Shown piece after piece: positions 29,612 through 38,115 of a stretch of 64,000 nucleotides of DNA. The DNA lies in IMG/VR virus record IMGVR_UViG_3300040816_000784, one strand, 5' to 3'. Below the pieces are notes generated by a model. That model was not told the DNA's origin. It worked only from the letters and a program-made list of their open reading frames with translations, and ran no database searches. Every line of letters begins with the position of its first letter. The stretch's first letter is position 1. Made by a program: the position numbers and the translations under genes. The DNA is from an uncultured virus (IMG/VR IMGVR_UViG_3300040816_000784). Lineage: Duplodnaviria > Heunggongvirae > Uroviricota > Caudoviricetes.

Positions 29612-29640
29612 ATTATACGACAACTTTGTTACGTTGTCAA
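29612..29640 (-). promoter_or_regulatory. Consensus sigma70 promoter for sufE-clpP (leaderless)
   Basis: TTGACA-17 nt-TATAAT, 6 nt before ATG 29605. Confidence 0.85.
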
Positions 29641-29650
29641 TATGTATTTA

Positions 29651-29986
29651 CTAATATACGCCTTTACCAAAGTCAAATTGTGATTTGTTTTTCTTTTTCT
29701 TTTTGTGAGGTTTTGTGCCCCAAGAACTGAAATGTCCTGAGACGGTTGGTGCGGAATCAGAGGGAGAAGTGTCACCACTTCCTGCAGACCCTCCGCCTCC
29801 ACTTGAATTTCCGTGAGCACCGCCACCCGTACCATTGCCAGGTCCGGCTCCACCACCTACGCCTGCACCAGCACCTGATCCTGCTCCACCAGAGGCTCCG
29901 CCTCCAGCACCGCCGCCACCTGCTCCTGCTTCAGCATCAAGTCTCTGCCGTACTTTTATGCCTTCGTAGATTTCTGCTATTTTCAT
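29651..29986 (-). CDS. Glycine-rich small protein
   Basis: MKIAEIYE start, long Gly/Ala/Ser tract, poly-Lys near C-terminus; TATAAATA box 6 nt upstream. Confidence 0.65.
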   Translation of the reverse strand: MKIAEIYEGIKVRQRLDAEAGAGGGGAGGGASGGAGSGAGAGVGGGAGPGNGTGGGAHGNSSGGGGSAGSGDTSPSDSAPTVSGHFSSWGTKPHKKKKKNKSQFDFGKGVY

Positions 29987-29995
29987 CGGTGTTAT

Positions 29996-30412
29996 TTATA
30001 CTGTCACGTATTCAGAGTCAGTTAGCAATGTTGCTATTTCGTCTGCATCTGTAATTTGTGCTAATGTGTCGCTATTGCCGTTGTCTGCTTTAAAGTAATC
30101 ACCGTTTGCATCTACAAACCATGTTCTATAATCAACGCCTGATACTGAATCATCATAATGAATTGCTGTGTATCCATCAAAATTACTTGGTCCTTCACCA
30201 TTTGGATTCTCAACACCTACATTATTTAGTTCTGCAATCTTGGCATCCAATAAGGCTTCTGCCGCATCTATGTCTGAATCATTAGTAATATACCAACAAC
30301 TTGGTTCACCATCATCGTTGGTTCCTTGGCTAAAGTATGCCGCATAATCACCACCTTCAGCAATTAGATCGATATGAGCTCTTAATCTTTTTTCTTCTGC
30401 AAAAGTTGCCAT
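29996..30412 (-). CDS. Acidic hypothetical protein
   Basis: 138-aa ORF with GAGGA SD. Confidence 0.65.
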   Translation of the reverse strand: MATFAEEKRLRAHIDLIAEGGDYAAYFSQGTNDDGEPSCWYITNDSDIDAAEALLDAKIAELNNVGVENPNGEGPSNFDGYTAIHYDDSVSGVDYRTWFVDANGDYFKADNGNSDTLAQITDADEIATLLTDSEYVTV

Positions 30413-30416
30413 TTAG

Positions 30417-30581
30417 TTAGTCCTCTTTCTTAACTATTGCCCAGATACCATATGCAAGACCGGCCCATGCCGCCATCTTAACAATGCCACCAAACAATAT
30501 GATTGCTAGTGAGCCGGCAATGATAACACCACCATCCCAACTAGTTCTTTCTTTTATTCTTGCTTTAATATAATCTAACAT
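30417..30581 (-). CDS. 54-aa two-TM membrane protein (not in ORF track)
   Basis: MLDYIKARIKERTSWDGGVIIAGSLAIILFGGIVKMAAWAGLAYGIWAIVKKED; AGGAG SD and GATAAATA box. Confidence 0.8.
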   Translation of the reverse strand: MLDYIKARIKERTSWDGGVIIAGSLAIILFGGIVKMAAWAGLAYGIWAIVKKED

Positions 30582-30601
30582 AATTCTCTCCTATGTTAGT
30601 A

Positions 30602-31393
30602 CTATTTATCTAGTTTAGCAATATTCCCAGCCTTCTCAACATATTGTGGCATAGCATGATCACTTACAAAGTCAAAGAACTTAAACTGTTTACAAGCGGC
30701 CCAAAAGCCTCTCCAGCCGTCTTTAATTCTTTGCCATATTGTAAAGTTTCTAATATTGCCATGATAGTTTATATAATGTAATTGTCCACCATGTACAAAT
30801 CCAAACAATGCTGGTGGTACCCTTGGTACTATGTCATTGTTATTTACATAACGTACATATCTACCAATGTCACAACCTTCTAAATGTTGTCTAAACTTTC
30901 TAGTTCCTACTCTTGGTTGCCCAAAAGTTCTTAATTCTTTTACAGGTATTCCATCTGCCGCAAGTTGTTCTGCTACTAATACTGCCATAGCACCACCTAA
31001 ACTGTGTCCTACAACAAATACGTTTTCTTTTTTCTTACGCATTTTCTTTACCTGAGCGTATATTTCATCATAAACTAAATTGGCATACTCATAGAATCCA
31101 CTATGTACCATTCCGTTCCTTGGATGTCGTACCGGTATTGTTTTTAAGTCTGCGGCTATGTCGGCAAATTTAGTAGGCTCTGTACCTCTACAACTTACAA
31201 TAATTGCATCGTCGCTTGTTACAAATACCCATGCTTCTGCGTCACCGTCTTTTATAAATTTGGCTTTTGATCTTTGCATCTTTAAAGTCTTCTCAGTGGC
31301 TTTTAATTCCTTTTCACTAAGATAGGCTCTACCTGCTAGATTGGCCAAAATACTCGCTCTCTCTGATTCAGAGCAGTCTGCTAACCATCCCAT
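30602..31393 (-). CDS. Lipase class 3 family protein
   Basis: CRGTE, VHSGF, VGHSLGGA, TFGQPRVG, DIVPRVP, C-terminal DH; AGGAG SD before ATG 31393. Confidence 0.92.
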   Translation of the reverse strand: MGWLADCSESERASILANLAGRAYLSEKELKATEKTLKMQRSKAKFIKDGDAEAWVFVTSDDAIIVSCRGTEPTKFADIAADLKTIPVRHPRNGMVHSGFYEYANLVYDEIYAQVKKMRKKKENVFVVGHSLGGAMAVLVAEQLAADGIPVKELRTFGQPRVGTRKFRQHLEGCDIGRYVRYVNNNDIVPRVPPALFGFVHGGQLHYINYHGNIRNFTIWQRIKDGWRGFWAACKQFKFFDFVSDHAMPQYVEKAGNIAKLDK

Positions 31394-31441
31394 AATTACT
31401 CCTACATAATTCTGTGTTTTGTCTACGCAAGTATTTATCAT

Positions 31442-31470
31442 AAAAAAAGGCTACACAAGGTAGCCTTTTA
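31442..31470 (-). terminator. Intrinsic terminator
   Basis: AAAAGGCTAC-ACAAG-GTAGCCTTTT with longer A tract on the left. Confidence 0.75.
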
Positions 31471-31512
31471 GGGAGGATTATGAATATTATATTCTTAAAT
31501 CTGTTTTTGTTG

Positions 31513-31680
31513 TTACATGATCGGCTTCATTGCCACATACATAAACCAAATTACAAAAAGAATACCACCTAAAGTAAAGATATCGTTGCACGTTTGACCG
31601 TCAGGACAATACTTTAGTTTAATATTCTTTAGTGTTTGGATTGTAGGCGCAACAGCCGACTTAATAGTATCGGTTGTCAT
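31513..31680 (-). CDS. 55-aa peptide with C-x5-C and C-terminal TM helix
   Basis: MTTDTIKSAV...YCPDGQTCNDIFTLGGILFVIWFMYVAMKPIM; CAGGAG SD 8 nt upstream. Confidence 0.7.
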   Translation of the reverse strand: MTTDTIKSAVAPTIQTLKNIKLKYCPDGQTCNDIFTLGGILFVIWFMYVAMKPIM

Positions 31681-31689
31681 TTTCTCGTC

Positions 31690-31889
31690 TCCTGAGTCTA
31701 AATCAATATTAGCTCTCACATTCACAGTATCTTACGATCACTGCTAGGGGGTTAAAGTTCTAAACTTTTAATTGTGCTTCGTAATGTTGTATCTTCACAT
31801 TGAGATCTACAGCGGATACTCACCGCTACAACCGACAGCACACAACCGTCCCTTGGTGGAAGTAGGATTGCTATTACACTTCCAATGGG
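31690..31889 (-). ncRNA. Structured 5' leader / riboswitch-like RNA, class unassigned
   Basis: Five or more hairpins plus an enclosing helix between a GATAAATA box (31890-31897) and the SD. Confidence 0.65.
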
Positions 31890-31910
31890 TATTTATCTTT
31901 ATATGATGTT

Positions 31911-33776
31911 TTAAGTGTTTTTTGTGGTATTTTTTATAATACTTTTACCCCACCCTTGTCTGCGTCTAAAATATAACCTGTTAAAGTATTCTTCACCTTT
32001 AACATTTTCACCAATATCTATATTGTATATGACATTTGAATTTTTTAATTCGTCTATACCGTTTATATATTCGTAAATGTTATACTCTTGCAACACTTGG
32101 TGTGGATAGTAATGATCTTCTTTTGTTGTATAGTTTTCTTGTGCAGTCATAAGTGAATAAAATAAATCAGGTTTTAAATCACAAAACTCTTCTGTGAATG
32201 TATCCTTAACAATTTTTTCTACTGCATGTGGGAATCGATGAAAATCTTTTTGTGCCTCCCACATCAATGTATGTCCACTAGCAACTTCAATTTCACCAGT
32301 TTCTAAATACTCTGCAAGTAAAACTCTTGCTTGATTAAAAGCCTTACCAACTGGACCTTCATCTTCTTTGATTTTTTCTAATAGTCTATCATACATCATT
32401 TCATAACTGTAGTCTTTATACATTCTAAGGAACCTAGTTATTACTTGGCTCCAACCAAAGTTATGAAAGTTGTTTATCATCCAACTGTAACTCCAGGCAT
32501 CAATAAATTTAGGTGTAGGCATATACTTTGTGCCTGTAACTAATTCTACTTTCTCTGGAATGTTATCTTCTTCCTCAAAACCACTAATGTAATTTTCTAC
32601 AATAACAGTTGTGAGTCCATGCTTTTCCCTTTCTTCGGGTAAGTTCATGTGTGCATTTTCTAGTAATTGTGCTAACCAACTTTCTATAGCATTGTGTTGT
32701 CCAGCATCTAAAACTTCGCATACACCACGTTTCCAACTTTCGTAAGTTTCTTTTGGTAAGCCTAATATGAGTTCTGTGTAACTGGGTATGTTTTCTCTGT
32801 TACACTTATCAAAAATCATTTTGAGATCAGACATTTCCATATTACGTCTTTTAATCTCATCAAGAACATCCATATCCATGCTTTGCACACTTAATGTAAG
32901 TCCTCTATTAAAGCCACTACTGATAAACTTTTTAACAATTTCTAATATTTCATCACTGCTGTTCTTGTACCATGTGGCATCAACTACTTTAGGATAACCA
33001 TATTCGTTTTGCAATTCAACTAACTTTTCTGTAAACTCTAAATCTCTGTCTGTGAATACACCAAAATTAGCATCAGCAATAGTAACATAGTCTACTTGCT
33101 TTTCAGACATCCATGTAAGTTCCTGTAATACTTTAGGTACAGGAAACTTTTTAATCTTAGCATAAGTTAAACTACCCCAATCACAAAATGTACAAGCAAA
33201 AGGACATCCTCTGTTTGTTTCTATTGTGCCATTCCATAAATCATCTTTTGGTGCATCTGCCATAATTTTATCAAATACGCCTGTGAGGTATGGACTGGGT
33301 ATATCTAACTCTGTTAGTCTACCGCCTTGATATATTTTATCTAGTGTCTCGCCTTTGAGAATTTTGTTTAACATTTCCACAAAGGATTGCTCTCCTTCAC
33401 TTAGGGAGATTGAATCAACATAAGGGTGCTTTGCAAAGAATTGTTCTTCCTCTGGTCTACTTGTAACCTGAGGTCCTCCAAATACAATAATTGATTCTGG
33501 ATTCGATTCTTTTATCTTTTGTGCAACATGTTTATTGTATTCCCAATTCCACATGTAACAACTAAAAAAGAATACCTTGCAATCTTTAATACGTTCTACT
33601 AATTTGCAAGGCTCTTCTCGTTTATAGATAATATCAGCAACTTCAAAATTATCACGTACCCAATCTTCTTGAGCCGCATAACTCCAAAGACAACCAACCG
33701 AATAAGGTAGCCAGTAGCCAGTGAAAGAACCACCACCTATTTTGAAATTAGGTTGGATAAGTACTATCTGGTTCAC
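31911..33776 (-). CDS. Cobalamin-binding radical SAM protein
   Basis: N-terminal B12-binding-type domain (SCYMWN, GGPQ); ETNRGCPFACTFCDW; ELILGLP. Confidence 0.9.
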   Translation of the reverse strand: MNQIVLIQPNFKIGGGSFTGYWLPYSVGCLWSYAAQEDWVRDNFEVADIIYKREEPCKLVERIKDCKVFFFSCYMWNWEYNKHVAQKIKESNPESIIVFGGPQVTSRPEEEQFFAKHPYVDSISLSEGEQSFVEMLNKILKGETLDKIYQGGRLTELDIPSPYLTGVFDKIMADAPKDDLWNGTIETNRGCPFACTFCDWGSLTYAKIKKFPVPKVLQELTWMSEKQVDYVTIADANFGVFTDRDLEFTEKLVELQNEYGYPKVVDATWYKNSSDEILEIVKKFISSGFNRGLTLSVQSMDMDVLDEIKRRNMEMSDLKMIFDKCNRENIPSYTELILGLPKETYESWKRGVCEVLDAGQHNAIESWLAQLLENAHMNLPEEREKHGLTTVIVENYISGFEEEDNIPEKVELVTGTKYMPTPKFIDAWSYSWMINNFHNFGWSQVITRFLRMYKDYSYEMMYDRLLEKIKEDEGPVGKAFNQARVLLAEYLETGEIEVASGHTLMWEAQKDFHRFPHAVEKIVKDTFTEEFCDLKPDLFYSLMTAQENYTTKEDHYYPHQVLQEYNIYEYINGIDELKNSNVIYNIDIGENVKGEEYFNRLYFRRRQGWGKSIIKNTTKNT

Positions 33777-33780
33777 TGTA

Positions 33781-34035
33781 CTACTTTGATGCTTTTAATA
33801 CTTCTGCTACGATATCGTCTTTTTTCTTTCTTTTGTCAACTTCAATACCAAATTCTCTACCCTTTGATTCCAATTGAGCTTTAGTCAATTTAGAAAGGCT
33901 TGCCTTAGTAACTTTCGCTACTTTAGGTTCTGCTTTTTTAGGGGCAGGCTTAGAAGCGGCAGGTTTACTTGCAACCTTAACTTCTTTTACTGGTTCTGGT
34001 TTTCCAAAGAAAAGTTCTTTTAACCATGTAAACAT
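33781..34035 (-). CDS. Small basic protein with Rho-N/HeH-like C-terminus
   Basis: LSKLTKAQLESKGREFGIEVDKRKKKDDIVAEV after a K/A/P-rich linker. Confidence 0.6.
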   Translation of the reverse strand: MFTWLKELFFGKPEPVKEVKVASKPAASKPAPKKAEPKVAKVTKASLSKLTKAQLESKGREFGIEVDKRKKKDDIVAEVLKASK

Positions 34036-34977
34036 TTATAAACTCCTGTCTAGTTTGTTTAATTTATCAAATCTATCACCAAAGATAGGATGAACCAAAT
34101 TAAAAGGATTTGCTCTTTTATATGCTGTAGATTTAACTCTGTCAGCAACTAATTGTGCTTTAGCCTTTATATTTGCATCATCTATACTATTTATGTAATT
34201 TTTGACGCCTTTGTTATTTAATTCCGATAACATATCAAATAATAATATATCAAATTCTAAATAACTCATACCTAATTGATCACTATCACTAGTGCTAATA
34301 CCTAACCCGTCAGTTGGTAATGCTGTGATAGTTGCTTGTGGTACACCAAGCATTGATGCAATAGCAGGTACTTCCCAACTTTTACTTAGTGATTGTATAG
34401 GTGCAATATCACCTACATCACCGTGTAATGTCCAAAAGCCAGCCGCTAACTCGCTAAAGTTGTCAGTGCTACCTACACATCCATTGACTTTATGAGCAAG
34501 GTTATACAAAGTAAGCATACGCAATCTTGCTCGTATGTTACCTTGTCTTTGCAACCCTTTATAGTCAGTATCGTATGCACCTAAAAAATCTCTCATATTA
34601 TCAAACTGTTCTGATAAATCAAAACTATGTCTTTCTAATCTTAGAGCATCGATGTTTTCAATACCTCTATCTGTTTCTGTTTCTATTTGATGAATTGGTA
34701 GTGTTGCACCATGTACTGTCCAACCTGCCTGCTTAAATAAAGCGGCAGTTAAGGCACTATCGATACCTCCACTCATACCAATTACAACATCTTCGATGCC
34801 ATGAACCTTTTTGTACTCTTCTAAATTAGTTACTAATTGTTCAGCAACTTTCTTTAAACTTGCACGTTTAGGATATAATCCAGCATCAATCAATCCCTCT
34901 AGTCTAGTAATAAACCATTCATCGATAGGTTCACCACTACCTGGAGTTATTGCTAATATTTCGTCAACTAAGTTCAC
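34036..34977 (-). CDS. nadE: NH3-dependent NAD+ synthetase
   Basis: GMSGGIDSA, GNIRARLRM, STDNFSE, GFWTLHGD, PTDGL. Confidence 0.93.
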   Translation of the reverse strand: MNLVDEILAITPGSGEPIDEWFITRLEGLIDAGLYPKRASLKKVAEQLVTNLEEYKKVHGIEDVVIGMSGGIDSALTAALFKQAGWTVHGATLPIHQIETETDRGIENIDALRLERHSFDLSEQFDNMRDFLGAYDTDYKGLQRQGNIRARLRMLTLYNLAHKVNGCVGSTDNFSELAAGFWTLHGDVGDIAPIQSLSKSWEVPAIASMLGVPQATITALPTDGLGISTSDSDQLGMSYLEFDILLFDMLSELNNKGVKNYINSIDDANIKAKAQLVADRVKSTAYKRANPFNLVHPIFGDRFDKLNKLDRSL

Positions 34978-35479
34978 GTTGTATCTCCTCGGGCGATTTA
35001 TACTTAATCATCGCACCAATTTTATCTCTGCTTACACCTCTGCGTAACCAGAATCTTAAATCCTTTGTAGGCTTGCCTTCATCCATAAAGAACGAGCCCA
35101 TCTTACCATGCTTACCTTTTATGAAAAGTGTAACAGCATGTCCTCCATCGGGTATTTCAACTCTATGAAAGGCATTATGTGATCGCCAAGCAAACCAGCC
35201 TGGACCTCTCCATTTCCTTTCTTCACCACGAACCTCATAGTATCCTCCCGACAGTATGAGTGTGAAGTAACCCCATGGATGATTATGTTCTACAGGTAAA
35301 TCACTACCTAAAATTAAATTCAGACAAACTCTTCCAGCACCATATTCTCCAGCCAGACCTTTCTGAAAAATTTGTTTACCTAGAAATACTCTGTGCATGT
35401 ATTCATGGTCAGTGTATATATTAGTTAAAGTTTCAGTGCCTCTGCGTTTTGCTAAGTACCAAAAGAGTTTAGTCCACAT
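34964..35479 (-). CDS. Cupin-like protein
   Basis: HNHPW...LSGGYYE...HRVE; paralog of 60898..61329. Confidence 0.7.
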   Translation of the reverse strand: MWTKLFWYLAKRRGTETLTNIYTDHEYMHRVFLGKQIFQKGLAGEYGAGRVCLNLILGSDLPVEHNHPWGYFTLILSGGYYEVRGEERKWRGPGWFAWRSHNAFHRVEIPDGGHAVTLFIKGKHGKMGSFFMDEGKPTKDLRFWLRRGVSRDKIGAMIKYKSPEEIQRELS

Positions 35480-35485
35480 GAATTC

Positions 35486-35698
35486 TTACTTCTCGTTTAC
35501 AAATTCATATAGTTTCTTGGCTTCAGCAATAACTTCGTCTGTAGTGATGCTAATTATAGGGCAGTCTTCTGCCTTTCTAACTTCATCTGGTAATTGGAAG
35601 TGTGCATTCATGACTTGTTCTCTATTGTTTTCCAATAGGCCCATTGCCATTCCTAAGATATCGGTTCTTAATTCGAACCCTGATTTACTATTTGACAT
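35486..35698 (-). CDS. Small hypothetical phage protein
   Basis: 70 aa; AAGGAG SD; GATAAATA box at 35751-35758. Confidence 0.75.
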   Translation of the reverse strand: MSNSKSGFELRTDILGMAMGLLENNREQVMNAHFQLPDEVRKAEDCPIISITTDEVIAEAKKLYEFVNEK

Positions 35699-35803
35699 AA
35701 TTGTCTCCTTCTGTGTCAGTGTGTTGTATTACATTTTATAATACGAAAATTATTTATCTAACGATTATTATATGATAAATAATATTGAGTAATATTTTAA
35801 CTC

Positions 35804-35916
35804 ATCGTTCATCTCGAAAGAGACGGAAGTAGTTATAAGACGAAGGAACGCCGAAATCGTTCATTCACTCTAAATGTAGCAGTGAACGGAAGTAGGTTAT
35901 AGTACCGAAGGAACGC
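35804..35916 (+). ncRNA. Tandem glnA-motif (glutamine-I) riboswitch, aptamers at 35804-35851 and 35856-35916
   Basis: Each copy reads AUCGUUCA-[P2]-CGGAAGUA-[P3]-GAAGGAACGC; P1 CGUUC/GAACG; P2 UCUC-GAAA-GAGA or UUCACU..AGUGAA; AGUA/GAA E-loop. Confidence 0.88.
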
Positions 35917-35937
35917 ATCTTTGTAAAAGGAGATGAC

Positions 35938-36087
35938 ATGACTAAGTATCAAGAAACAGTACTCGTAAGACGTGCTGTACAAAAACAACTTAAGAAAGAA
36001 AAGAATGTGTCAACTCTGAGTTTCCCCACTATGGAGAAAAAATCAGATTGGCCTAAGTATATCACAGATAATCCTTTCTATCCTTAA
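35938..36087 (+). CDS. 49-aa basic peptide downstream of the riboswitch (not in ORF track)
   Basis: MTKYQETVLVRRAVQKQLKKEKNVSTLSFPTMEKKSDWPKYITDNPFYP; AAGGAG SD; terminator 5 nt after stop. Confidence 0.8.
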   Translation: MTKYQETVLVRRAVQKQLKKEKNVSTLSFPTMEKKSDWPKYITDNPFYP

Positions 36088-36092
36088 GACAT

Positions 36093-36124
36093 AAAAAAAG
36101 GGCGGTATTACTACTGCCCTTTTT
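36093..36124. terminator. Bidirectional intrinsic terminator
   Basis: AAAAAGGGCGGTA-TTAC-TACTGCCCTTTTT between convergent genes. Confidence 0.85.
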
Positions 36125-36142
36125 CCTATATATAATTCTTAA

Positions 36143-36772
36143 TTAAATATATGATACTTCGATTGCTTTTCTCTTTGTAGGGAAAACTAAATCTGGATTC
36201 AAGTGATGTTCTCTTCTTGGTCTTGATTCATCAGGAAATCCTACACCCATTAAGAGTACAGGCTTCTTGTCAATACCTAGTGTTCTTTGAATTTCACCTT
36301 TATCACAACAAGAGCAACATCCTGTACCATAGCCTAATAGACCTGATACCATATTTACATATCCTGCCGCAACACCAATTGCTGTTTGACGATCGCTTTC
36401 CATTGTATCTCCGTCCCAACTAATATCTGTTTTATTCTTAGCATCATCTTCGTTAAAATCTTCTGCAAAAACAATTAAGAGATTAGCAAGAGTTTGAGTA
36501 TTAGTTGTCAATCTATCGCCTTTAGGTGCTTTACCACCTTGCTTACCATCATGTATCATGAAGCCTTTTGTACTTCTATGTACTGCTTCGATTGTTTTTC
36601 TGTCTGTTATAAAGTAAGGCTTGAAAAAAGTAACGTTCTGCTTACTAGGAGCACCAGTAACTGCTTCTGCAATTAAATCTAAATCTTCTTGTGGAATAGT
36701 TTTGGATAGGTCCCAGTTTCTTTGAACGTGTTGACTTTTATGAATAGCCTTCTTAAGCATATTTCTAAACAT
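36143..36772 (-). CDS. Nitroreductase family protein
   Basis: QRNWDLSKTIPQEDL, APSKQN, LLGYGTGCC, LLMGVGFP. Confidence 0.8.
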   Translation of the reverse strand: MFRNMLKKAIHKSQHVQRNWDLSKTIPQEDLDLIAEAVTGAPSKQNVTFFKPYFITDRKTIEAVHRSTKGFMIHDGKQGGKAPKGDRLTTNTQTLANLLIVFAEDFNEDDAKNKTDISWDGDTMESDRQTAIGVAAGYVNMVSGLLGYGTGCCSCCDKGEIQRTLGIDKKPVLLMGVGFPDESRPRREHHLNPDLVFPTKRKAIEVSYI

Positions 36773-36851
36773 TTTTTTCTCCGTCTAGGGTGTCTAAACC
36801 CGTTTTGCTACGCATTGTATCTAGTTTCGTCTTGCGTATAGACAATAGTAT

Positions 36852-37640
36852 TTATCTAATTTTGGAGTTTGTTTTAACTGCTTTTTCTAATATGTTTAAT
36901 TTGAGATTTTTCTTTCTAGCATAGTGTAATAATGCTTCGGTGTCTTTGGGAAAACAATGACCGCCAAATCCAAATAAACCATCTGGTCCTGGCACACTCA
37001 TATGACTGTTACCCATACGTGGATCGTTTTTAAGTATGTCTGTGAATTGTTCCCAACTTACCATACTACTACTTGATTTGTGTAAATTGTAAAGGTCATT
37101 AAAGAATACAACCTTTGTTGCTAACCAACTGTTTACTGTATATTTTATTAAACTTGCTGTGGTTAAATCTGTTTTAAATGTAGGCACAATTTTTACTTTA
37201 CTGTGTCTAAGATATGCTTTTTCAACTACTTCACAGTCTTTCCATTTACCACCAAGTATTTGAAAGTTAGGGTTTACAAAGTCATCAAAAGCATTTGCTT
37301 CTGTGAGAAACTCTGGATTGTAAACAATCTTTAAATCAAACTCTCTTTTAAACTCATGTAAATAATCTGGGATAATAGTACTCTTGATAACACAAACACC
37401 CTTGTATTGCAGTCTATTAAGCTCTGTAAGTACGTTTTTTGCTATAGTGGTATCACAACTACCATCTTCTGCAATAGGCGTAGGTACGCATACAAACAGC
37501 AACGGAGGACTAAATTCTACTAACTCTTCCAATGTGTTATTGTTAAACTGTGGATCTACAATAAATTGGTCAACATCTTTATTAAAGCCATTGCTTACAG
37601 CAGAGCCAACAAATCCATTTCCAACAATACCTAGTTTCAT
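36852..37640 (-). CDS. UDP-glucose/GDP-mannose dehydrogenase family protein
   Basis: GNGFVG, CVPTP, IKST, YNPEFL, GFGGHCFPKD. Confidence 0.9.
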   Translation of the reverse strand: MKLGIVGNGFVGSAVSNGFNKDVDQFIVDPQFNNNTLEELVEFSPPLLFVCVPTPIAEDGSCDTTIAKNVLTELNRLQYKGVCVIKSTIIPDYLHEFKREFDLKIVYNPEFLTEANAFDDFVNPNFQILGGKWKDCEVVEKAYLRHSKVKIVPTFKTDLTTASLIKYTVNSWLATKVVFFNDLYNLHKSSSSMVSWEQFTDILKNDPRMGNSHMSVPGPDGLFGFGGHCFPKDTEALLHYARKKNLKLNILEKAVKTNSKIR

Positions 37641-37912
37641 ACTTTGCCTTTTATTCTTTCTAGTAAATAAATATCTTCGTAGTCTGGGTCATTTACATAT
37701 TCGGGTGCTTTGAGAATTGCTTGATCAACTCTCATTTTAATATCCCATAATCGTTTCTTCATATCAGAACCTGTCCATCCATCATTACGTGGATTGAGCA
37801 TTTCAAACTCTAGTTCCCATATAATATGTTTTGCTTTTTCACTATCTGGTATAATCATTCCTTTCTCATTATAATACACACGTTCATTGTGTGCATTGTT
37901 TTTTGTTACCAT
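37637..37912 (-). CDS. Hypothetical phage protein
   Basis: 91-aa ORF coupled to neighbours. Confidence 0.65.
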   Translation of the reverse strand: MVTKNNAHNERVYYNEKGMIIPDSEKAKHIIWELEFEMLNPRNDGWTGSDMKKRLWDIKMRVDQAILKAPEYVNDPDYEDIYLLERIKGKV

Positions 37913-38115
37913 GCTTCAACGGCTTTAATATTTTCAGGCATGCCGTGTACACCTTCGAGCAAATCATTTTCAAACTCTTCTGGTGTATTTGCTTCTCCAT
38001 AAAATGTTGCCCAACCATTATTCAACACCAGTTGGAATTCGTTTAATCTATTGTTTGGTTTAGGTACTAAGGTTTGTCCTTTTGGTACTTCTACTGTTAC
38101 ACTAAATCTATTCAC
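37906..38115 (-). CDS. Hypothetical protein
   Basis: 69-aa ORF overlapping both neighbours. Confidence 0.55.
   Translation of the reverse strand: MNRFSVTVEVPKGQTLVPKPNNRLNEFQLVLNNGWATFYGEANTPEEFENDLLEGVHGMPENIKAVEAW

Noticed and set aside
35804..35916. Mini CRISPR array or simple tandem duplication
   Set aside because: Only two units, and the variable parts form paired stems between conserved blocks, which fits tandem aptamers
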